Shown: piece after piece, positions 39,724-50,226 of the stretch
How the letters are laid out: the number at the start of each line of letters is the position of its first letter
Numbering within the stretch: the stretch's first letter is position 1
NCBI RefSeq assembly: GCF_009914755.1
Contig: NC_060937.1
From: the human T2T-CHM13v2.0 reference genome, Homo sapiens
Strand: one strand, 5' to 3'
DNA: 64,000 bases
Notes under the pieces: model-generated
Database searches by the model: none
What the model saw: only the letters and a program-made list of their open reading frames with translations
Told to the model about the DNA's origin: nothing
Program-made: the position numbers and the translations under genes

Positions 39724-40100
39724 TGTCAGGCCTCTGAGCCCAAGCCAAGCCATCGCATCCCTTGTGACTTGCACGTATACACCCAGATGGCCTGAAGTAA
39801 CTGAAGAATCACAAAAGAAGTGAATATGCCCTGCCCCACCTTAACTGATGACATTCCACCACAAAAGAAGTGTAAATGGCCGGTCCTTGCCTTAAGTGAT
39901 GACATTACCTTGTGAAAGTCCTTTTCCTGGCTCATCCTGGCTCAAAAAGCACCCCCACTGAGCACCTTGCGACCCCCACTCCTGCCCGCCAGAGAACAAA
40001 CTCCCTTTGACTAATTTTCCTTTATCTACCCAAATCCTATAAAACGGCCCCACCCTTATCTCCCTTCGCTGACTCTCTTTTCCGACTCAGCCCACCTGCA
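39724..40100 (+). promoter_or_regulatory. HERV-H 5' LTR (LTR7): U3 and start of R; rest of R and U5 deleted
   Basis: Starts tgtcaggcctctgagcccaagccaagcc; two acaaaagaagtg blocks (39811, 39861); TATA box tataaa at 40038-40043; breaks at 'cccacctgca'. Confidence 0.93.
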
Positions 40101-40565
40101 GACCCATCTGACCTCTCCCCTCCTCGCCAGACTGAGCTAGGTCCCAATTCTTCCTCAGCCTCTGCTCCTCCACCCTATAATCTTTTTATCGCCTCCCCTC
40201 CTCACACCTGGTCGGGCTTACAGTTTCATTCCATGACTAGCCCTCCCCCACTTGCCCAGCAATTTACTCTTAAAAAGGTGGCTAGAGCCAAAGGCATAGT
40301 CAAGGTTAATGCTCCTTTTTCTTTATCCCAAATCTGATAGCGTTTAGGCTCTTTTTCAGCAAATATAAAAATCCAGCCCAGTTCATGACTTGTTTGGCAG
40401 CAACCCTGAGATGCTTTACAGCCCTAGACCCTAAAAGGTCAAAAGGCCATCTTATTCTCAAAATACATTTTATTACCCAATCTGCTCCCGACATTAAATA
40501 AAACTCCAAAAATTAAATTCTGGCCCTCAACCCCACAACAGGATTTAATTAACCTCGCCTTCAAG

Positions 40566-40802
40566 GTGTACAATAATAGAAAAAAGTTGCAATTCCTTGC
40601 CTCCACTGTGAGACAAACCCCAGCCACATCTCCAGCACACAAGAACTTCCAAACGCCTGAACCGCAGCGGCCACGCGTTCCTCCAGAACCTCCTCCCACA
40701 GGAGCTTGCTATACGTGCTGGAAATCTGGCCACTGGGCCAAGGAATGCCCGCAGCCCAGGATTCCTCCTAAGCCGCGTCCCATCTGTGTGGCACCCCACT
40801 GA
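40566..40802 (+). pseudogene. gag: HERV-H gag remnant, nucleocapsid CCHC zinc knuckle
   Basis: CYTCWKSGHWAKEC fits CX2CX4HX4C. Confidence 0.85.
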
Positions 40803-40959
40803 AAATTGGACTGTTCAACTCACCTGGCAGCCACTCCCAGAGCCCCTGGAACTCTGGCCCAAGCCTCTCTGACTGACTCCTTCCCAGGTCTTCTCGGCTT
40901 AGCGGCTGAAGACTGACACTGCCCAATCGCCTCGGAAGCCCCCTAGGCCATCACGGATG

Positions 40960-41260
40960 CCGAGCTTCGGGTAACTCTCACAGTGGAAGGTAAGCCCATC
41001 CCCTTCTTAATCAATACGGAGGCTACCCACTCCACATTACCTTCTTTTCAAGGGCCTGTTTCCCTTGCCTCCATAACTGTTGTGGGTATTGACGGCTAGG
41101 CTTCTAAACCTCTTAAAACTCCCCAACTCTGGTGCCAACTTAGACAATACTCTTTTAAGCACTCCTTTTTAGTTATCCCCACCTGCCCAGTTCCCTTATT
41201 AGGCCGAGACACTTTAACTAAATTATCTGCTTCCCTGACTATTCCTGGACTACAGCTATA
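40960..41260 (+). pseudogene. pro: HERV-H protease remnant
   Basis: 41004-41033 translates FLINTEATHS, a degenerate retroviral L-x-D-T-G-A motif lacking the catalytic Asp. Confidence 0.7.
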
Positions 41261-41360
41261 TCTCATTGCCACCCTTCTTCCCAATCCAAAGCCTCCTTTG
41301 CGTCCTCCTCTTGTATCCCCCAACCTTAACCCACAAATATAAGATACCTCTACTCCCTCC

Positions 41361-42323
41361 TTGGCGACCGATCATGCACCCCTTACCATCTCATTAAAAT
41401 CTAATCACCCTTACCCCACTCAACGCCAATATCCCATCCCACAGCACGCTTTAAAAAGATTAAAGCCTGTTATCACTCGCCTGCTACAGCATGGCCTTTT
41501 AAAGCCTATAAACTCTCCTTACAATTCTCCCATTTTACCTGTCCTAAAACCAGACAAGCCTTACAAGTTAGTTCAGGATCTGCGCCTTATCAACCAAATT
41601 GTTTTGCCTATCCACCCCGTGGTGCCAAACCCATATACTCTCCTATCCTCAATACCTGCCTCTACAACCCATTATTCTGTTCTAGATCTCAGACATGCTT
41701 TCTTTACTATTCCTTTGCACCCTTAATCCCAGTCTCTCTTCACTTTCATTTGGACTGACCCTGACACCCATCAAGCTCAGCAAATTACCTAGGCTGTACT
41801 GCCGCAAAGCTTCACAGACAGCCCCCATTACTTCAATCAAGCCCAAATTTCATCCTCATCTGTTACCTATCTCAGCATAATTCCCATAAAAACACACTTG
41901 CTCTCCCTGCCAATCGTGTCCGACTGATCTCTCAAACCCCAGCACCTTCTACAAAACAACAACTCCTTTCCTTCCTAGGCATGGTTAGTGCGGTCAGAAT
42001 TCTTACACAAGAGCCAGGACCACACCCTGTAGCCTTTCTGTCCAAACAACTTGACCTTACTGTTTTAGCCTAGCCCTCATGTCTGCGTGCAGCGGCTGCC
42101 ACTGCTTTAATACTTTTAGAGGCCCTCAAAATCACAAACTATGCTCAACTCACTCTGTACAGTTCTCATAACTTCCAAAATCTATTTTCTTCCTCATACC
42201 TGCCGCATATACTTTCTGCTTCCCGGCTCCTTCAGCTGTACTCACTCTTTGTTGAGTCTCCCACAATTACCGTTGTTCCTGGCCCAGACTTTAATCCGGC
42301 CTCCCACATTATTCCAGATACCA
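41361..42323 (+). pseudogene. pol: HERV-H pol remnant (RT N-terminus, then disrupted downstream sequence)
   Basis: ORF 41361-41726: 'SPYNSPILPVLKPD..YKLVQDLRLINQIV...PNPYTLL...YSVLDLRHAFF'; stop at 41724-41726. Confidence 0.88.
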
Positions 42324-43039
42324 TATAATCTCTAACTATGTTGTCTTGACATAGTCTGTTTTATGGCTACAAGCATTCTGTGACATAAGCTATTTAATTC
42401 ACACCCTGTTGCTCAGTGAATATTTGAGAAATATAAATGCACAATAAACATCTATCAATTGAAACAAATAATGTTTACAACTGCTTTTGCTCACTTAAAA
42501 ATAAACAAAATAATGAACATATTTCACCTCCAAGTATTCTATTATTTGTAACTATTTTTTCATCATTCATGACTCATTTTGTTGTCCTTTAATATCATTA
42601 AGTTGCCAGTGGGGAGTCTGAGCTGAAATGCCTGCCAAGGAAGATAGGACTACATTTTAATGAAATCAGCAAAAGTGAGCCTCAGTGCATTTTTATCATA
42701 ATTTAAGGCCTAGTTGAGGTATGATAAATGATCCTCATCCCTGATCAGTATACTACCTGAGCAGTGATACATCATTTATGTCTTGCCATTGTACTTTTGG
42801 AACTGCCATGGGGGTAGCAAATGTGCAATAAATATTGCTCGATGAATTATATATTTCAGAAAAATTCAATGTGTTAGAAAAATAAGCAGCAAATTTATAA
42901 GTGGCTTAGAATACTACAGTAAAAACAACTTTATTGACCAGCCTTGGCTCCATACCTTATGTTATGGTTAAAAAAAATCAGATATGTTGAATGTTTACTG
43001 TTAAATATGAAATTAGAACACAGGTTGTTCACTTAATAT

Positions 43040-43700
43040 ATTCATTCCGCAAGCATTTATTGAGTGATTACAATGTTCCAGGCAGTGTACTAAGTATTAT
43101 AATTGAATTAAAAGACAAATTCTTCTCTGATGGCCTTTGGAATTACTAGGAGTGGCTGAAAATTTAGTGATAATTGCAATGTAGATTAAATGAAAAGAGC
43201 TCCCAAGAAAAGTTACATACAAGGTACAACAGGGACATAGGAGATGAAACTTAAGTCATTCTGTTGGGATCAAGGAAAGGATTCATGCAAACAACATAGG
43301 TTGAGAGGCAAGTAGGTGTAATCTAAAGGGATATATCCAAAAAAAAAGTTGAAATAACTAGGCTTTGATCATGGTGCAACTTGTGTATTCAAGTAAGGCA
43401 TATGGATTTGAAAACAAAAGAGAATCATTAAAGTATTTTAAACAGAGAAGTAATACAATAATGCAGTAATACATATTCTGTTCAGAAAAATGGTTCTGGT
43501 GCAGTATGGAGGTTGGATTGGAGCAGGAAGAGAGGAATAGGCTGAAAGCAGAACAACAATTAACATGCTTTTGTGGATATCTAGGCAAGAAATGATAAGG
43601 AGCTGGAAATATAAGAGAGGTAATTGATAAGGTAAATATTTAGGAGTATGAATAAGACTAAAGGTGTAAAAAGTAGAGAAAAGGAAATAGGAAAAATTTG
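43040..43700 (-). mobile_element. L2 LINE fragment
   Basis: 'attcattccgcaagcatttattgagtgattacaatgttccaggcagtgtactaag', antisense L2 3' end. Confidence 0.7.
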
Positions 43701-44232
43701 CTCCCAGACTGATGAAAAAGTAAGTAAACAGTGAAGCTATTCTAAGCCAAATTTCAGGCTTGTGCTAACTTCATTGTACCAGCAATTCACTAACTGGGTG
43801 TTGATGCCCTTCCAGTGTGCCAGGGTGAAAGAGAAGCTTTGGGATAAATATGACACTCTGGCCAGGCTCTCAGTTTTATTCAACTATAAATAATATAGAG
43901 CATTATTTTTATACAAACAACTTATATATGTATGAAATACAATGTATACTTTTTTTTAAAAAAAGAGACTTCAAAGAATTTTGTAATTTGAAATAAGTGC
44001 TTAAAGCAATGGACCCTTACACAGATTTAGAGCTATTTAATTTTCTCTGCTATTTGTGTTGTTAATCAGAACATGCAATTAACTACGCAAGGTAAATGTG
44101 CAAGGTAACTTATCTTAGTTGCTAAGAAATTTGGCTGGCTGGTATATTTGTCACTGTTTTTAACACAACTTGCAATTTTAGAGAAAGTCATATATCTGTT
44201 GTTTCTGTGTTCTAATGAGAAAGGCTTTAGTA

Positions 44233-44359
44233 TAGGGTTGCCGGAAAAAAAAAATACAGGACGTCCATCTAAGCAATAATTTTTTTTGTACAAGTATGTC
44301 TAATATGAAATTCACATTTAATACACACTGTATTTTTATTTGTTATATCTGAGAACTCA
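44233..44359. mobile_element. MER53 palindromic hAT MITE, internally deleted
   Basis: 'tagggttgcc...aaaatacaggacgtcc...aagtatgtc...tgaaattcacatttaa...ctgtatttttatttg...atctg'. Confidence 0.7.
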
Positions 44360-45686
44360 TTTGTTGTTAATGGCCATTCCTTCTTTAAAGACTATGAAAT
44401 TTTATAATATTTTAAAACATCTTATCTGTTTGAATTTCAGCTACCATTATTATGTTTTTATTTTAATGAACCACTTTTTAAAATCCCTTTAAAATTTATT
44501 ATCTATTTTATAGTAGTAACTGGTATGTTACAGTTTTATAAACTTGAGTGTTTACATTAGCTTTCCAAATTACAGCCACTTTGTGCCCTCTGATTTTGCA
44601 TAAATTGAGAAAATCTAATTTTCATTTAATTAATTTTTGACCCATATTCTCACTTATAGGAATCCCTAAGGAAATTCACACGGTCCACACACTCAACCTT
44701 GATGGCCTGGCTCCTTGAAACTAATTTCTACTCCACTTCTCTGATAAGCCACTCATGTACTAAAGATAAAATTTAGTAATTCTAATAGTCTTAGTAGCAG
44801 TGCTCCACAACTGTAGTAGAAAAATTAAAAAAAAAAAAACTATGTTCAGGATGCTAATGTTCTCCCTTAACCATTTCATCCTAATATTACACAAAATGCT
44901 CCCTATTTTTTTCAGCTAAAACAAATTATGAACAAAACCACTCTTATAATTTACAGCTGAGTATGTGTTACAGCTATAATTTTTAAATAAGAGTTACTGT
45001 AGTTTTAACCATAAGAAAATGGAACTCTGAGAATAATGTTTAATGGTTAGTACACATGAAGATTCCAACAGATTATATATCGATTCAGATTAAGCTTCTA
45101 TTCCTTCATTGTCTTGAGAAGTGTACCACATATAACATCAATAAATATGATATTACATTTCCTTAATACTAAGATTGTGACTGTTTTTGGTACATCACAG
45201 GTTTGAAAGTCACATACTTAAAAATATATATAATAACTGTGCCCACATGAAAAACACACACAAATTGCAAGACATGCCTTGGCCTAGAAATGTAAAAACC
45301 TGAAATAAAATGTAAGTTTTAGAATTGAGAACACAAAATATCATTTACACAATCTATTCCATGATAAATGATTTTCACTGAACTTATGAATAAACAAAAC
45401 AGGATGGTGTGGATGAGATATGCGTTAGGAAGGAGAGAATCCATTGTTCTCTGCTTAACTCTAGTGATCTAAAAAGTATCCTTTCTTCTCCTCTTTCCCC
45501 TTTCCCCCAGTTCCCCTAACCCCACACAGGGATTGGTTGCTAATCTAAATAGTCCAACTCAGGAACGTTTACTGTGCTATGATTGCTGATGGATGTATCC
45601 CTATTTGGTATTATTTTATCTGGAATTTTTTTCTATCATAACATAATAAGATAAATATATTGAGTTTGGAACCCTTGGAGTCCTGT

Positions 45687-45688
<2 letters not shown>

Positions 45689-45781
<93 letters not shown>

Positions 45782-45784
45782 GTG

Positions 45785-45814
<30 letters not shown>
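45689..45814. repeat. Compound (TC)n(TA)n microsatellite with TG interruptions
   Basis: About 20 TC units followed directly by about 43 TA/TG units. Confidence 0.98.
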
Positions 45815-45815
<1 letters not shown>

Positions 45816-46309
45816 TTGACTCAATATAGATAGAAGGGAAAATGGGCACAGAGCTTTTTCTGAAGCACGTTCCACTCTGTCTTTTTCTTGTCATTTCTTT
45901 AGGCAGCAATGCCTAAACATGCCAATGCAAGTAATAAAATTTGGGACAGGGAAAGGGAGGATAATACTTCCTTTATACCAAAGACTAATAGAAATGCTCC
46001 AATTTAGCCTTTTATAATAATACTCCATATGACCCACTTTTGTAGCTATTAATACTTGGTATTTTTTTTCTAACATTAAGTACCCTATAGAAAGGCAGCT
46101 GTGATTTGTGGACCAGGATTCAGGCATCCCTGTGTCTCTGACGTTATATCATCTAATAGTATGTAAATACTTAAGTTAATGGTAATAGTAATTAGAGCTT
46201 CTCATAATATCAAGTTCCTTTATCGGAATAAAAATATTAATTACAATAGCCTCAGAAGCAGAAACAGAAAGTCAAAATAATAATAATAGAATGTCTACAA
46301 TATCTAAAA

Positions 46310-47290
46310 TATGCTACTAAATGCTATAAGGAATGCAGTAAAAACTAAAATATTCTTTCTACCTTAAGCTGGTAATTGTGATGGAGACATAACATGCAAA
46401 TGTGAACTCAAATATTTTCAACCTTAGTTAGCAAATTGAGGTACAAAAATAATTGGGCATTACAGTTAAAAATGATATTTCAGAAAATTAAAGTGGCCAG
46501 TATGATCTGTGATGGACATGGAAAGATTCATGGAGAGTTTAAATAATATGGAAGATTTGATGGGCAAAGAAAAAGGACAAATTTACAGGTGTGGATATAA
46601 GATAGCATAAAATTATTTGGAAGAAATTGAGTAGAATTATTAGCTTCTGTTGGAAGCATAAGAAGTAAGAAATGTGTATAGAATCCTGAATCCATTTAAA
46701 TTGCTTAATATTGAATCCTGTAAGTTGAAGGACTAGGCAACTAAGACATTGTGGCTGAAGCAGTAATTTAGTGACACTAGTGTGCTATAATTATTTATCT
46801 GCTAGTATTATAAAAAGTGAATTAGAGGGACTCTGCTAGGCATCAGAAAACTAGAAGCAAAGGGCCCATTGGAAAACTACTATAATTGCTCAATAATGCA
46901 GTAATAACTACGTTGTTCACAATAAAAAATGTAGAGAGAGGAACAAAAGTGATAGAAAACTGTGGAAGAATTAAATTGTGGCAATGGATTATTTATAGGG
47001 TATATAAAAGAAAGAAAAATGACTCTGAGTTTTTGTGCATAAGTGACTGAGAGAATGGTAATTCATTAGCAGAGATAGGGAGGTCAAAATATAAAGTTTG
47101 ATGGTGGTAAGCAGTTGAGGATGAAAATAGTTTTAGACTGTATATTGGTTAACAGGGGACATGGTAATGGAAAAGTAGGTGGTTTGAAATGTGAGATAAT
47201 TGGAAACACAATGAGAATTAAGGATAAGTTGAATATGAGTTTAGAAAGTATTTGTATAAAGATGGGTGAAATTAAATATATGAAAGTAAA
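46310..47290 (-). mobile_element. Diverged L2 fragments
   Basis: 'atgactctgagtttttgtgcataagtgactgagagaatggtaattcattagcagagataggga'. Confidence 0.55.
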
Positions 47291-47384
47291 TCATGCTGAT
47301 ATTCTCTACTCACTGACAGGCAAATTTTAACAAGATCCTCCTGGTGGAAAAGTATCCTCTTTTAAAAATTTTGCATCTATAGAC

Positions 47385-47632
47385 TACTTCATCCAACTAC
47401 TGTGGAATACACATTCTTTCAAAATCATATAGAATATTCACCAAGGTATAGAGCACATTCTGGGTCAAAAAACACACCTTAACAAATTTAAAAGAATAGA
47501 AATCATACAATGTCTGTTCTCAGAGCACAATGGAATTAAATTAGAAATCAATAACAAAAAGATACCTGGAAAATCCCCAGATGCTGGGAGATTAAAGACC
47601 CCACTATTAAATAACAATGTAGGTCAAAAAAG
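47385..47632 (+). mobile_element. L1M ORF2 endonuclease-region fragment
   Basis: 'gaatacacattctt...tattcaccaag...cacattctggg...aacaaatttaaaagaatagaaatcata...cacaatggaattaaattagaaatcaataac'. Confidence 0.8.
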
Positions 47633-48561
47633 AACATTCCTTAGATCCCTTTTTGGTATATTATTACATAGTGGTACTCATATAATCATTATCATTTTTG
47701 TATCTCTGTGATTCTTTATTCCAAGAACTTTTGATACTCATAATTAGCAAATGACTTAAGAAATGTCTTTTTTGGTGACAAATTGGCTTTAATTGAAAAT
47801 GCATGACAGAAAATCTATCAATTCAGTAATGCTCTTACACTGCGTCTATTAAAGATAGCCTTTGCTCCCAATACAGTTATGTAAGACCAGTTGTTCTTCA
47901 GTCATTATAACATGATTTCCTTAATGAGATGGTTTTACTTTCACTTCAAAATGAAATAAAAAGTATTTCATTGTGCTCTTCTTAGGTCCATTTAAATTAT
48001 AAACAGCATAATGCTTATTAATGACAAATGAAGAAAGCAATGGGTAATATTCTCTCATCCTTCCTGCCTGATTCTGAAAATAATTAATTTGGAGACCAGG
48101 CATATTTTTAAAATGTTCACCATATTATATTTCTAGGTTGAACTGTACACTTATTTTCCATTGTGAATAAAATAACTACAGTTTGAATTAGACTTTTCAA
48201 TCTTAAAAACATTTATATTACTATTATTGATTTAAACATTATGAGTTTCAAGATGCCATCTTTCCCAGTTAGTGAGATTTATGGTGTACCCTTTCCCAAG
48301 TTTAATGACTACCATTGCAAAGGAGATGACTGCTATTACGAAGTTTTAAAACGGCCTATTTTCTCATAATTAAATGCTGTGTCAACAAAGCTTAGCAGGG
48401 TAATGAGTATTCATGGAAATATTTTTAAATCAAAAATTTGATCTTATTGAATCGCAAAAATATACTTCATATAAATAAAAACAATATAAAACTTTATTCA
48501 AAACAAATTTAAAAACAGTTTTATTTGGGTAAAGTACCATTTAGCTTAAAATGCATTTCAA

Positions 48562-48869
<308 letters not shown>

Positions 48870-49931
48870 AAAATGCATTTCAATTCATATAGGGTTTTCT
48901 ATTTTTTTCTATGAATATATAGTTGTCAAATTATTTTCATTATTATTTTATTTTTTAAATAATTATATCTAAGATCTATACATATTCATTGAAAAAGAGG
49001 GCTCCATATGACAAATTTGCAGTAAAACCAAGCATAAATGCCTTAATTTAGACATAAAATTGTGGCCTCTACCTTTACACTAATGTGAAACTGTTTTTAT
49101 TTCAATAGATTTAGGGGTACAAGTGATTTTTTATTACATGGATTAATTGTATAGTGGTAAATTCTGGGCTTTTATTGTACCTGTCATCTGAATAGTGTAC
49201 ATCGTATCCAATAAGTAGTTTTTCATCCCTCTCCACTGCACCCGGAGTTTCCCTTATCCATTATACCACTCTGTATGCTCCTGCATACCCACAGTGTAGC
49301 TCCCTCTAATAAGTGAGAAAATGCAGTACTTGGTTTTCCATTCCTGAGATACTTTGCTTAGGATAATGGCCTTGAGAGTCCCATGCAAGTTGCTGCAAGA
49401 AACACTTTTGTTCTTTTTAATAGCTGAGTAGTATTTCATGATATATACATATACCACATGGCTCATTCCATAGCTTTGTAATTGTGAATTGTGTTGTGAT
49501 AAAAGTACAAATGCAGGTGTCTTTTGATATGACAACTTCTTTTGGGCATACATCCAGTAGTGGGACTGCTGGATCGAATGGTAGATCTACTTTTAGTTCT
49601 TTGAGAAATCTCCATGCCATGTTCCATAGAGGTTGTACTAATTTACATTTCTACAACAGTGTGTAAGCATTCCCTTTTCATGGTGTCCGTGCCAACATCT
49701 ATTTTTTGACATTTCACTCATAGCTGTTCTGTATGGGGTCACGTGGTAACTCACTGTGGTTTCAACTTGCATTTCCCTGATGATTAGTAATGAGCATTTT
49801 TTCATGTTTGTTGGCCATTTGTGTATCTTCTTTTGAAAAATGTCTATTCATGTTGTTGGACCATTTTTTAATAGGATTATTTGGTTTTTGTTGCTGATTT
49901 GTTTTAGTTCTTTGTAGATTTTGGATATTAG

Positions 49932-50226
<295 letters not shown>

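Larger units (their letters stand above)
40101..42323 (+). mobile_element. HERV-H internal region (partial gag, pro, 5' pol); no PBS, env or 3' LTR
   Basis: C-rich HERV-H sequence with zinc knuckle, protease and RT motifs; ends abruptly at 'attccagatacca'. Confidence 0.93.

Noticed and set aside
39805-39910. CRISPR-like repeat-spacer pattern
   Set aside because: Two-copy U3 repeat intrinsic to LTR7; no array or cas genes, eukaryotic context
45616-45909. ORFs with YI and ER repeats
   Set aside because: Translation of the microsatellite
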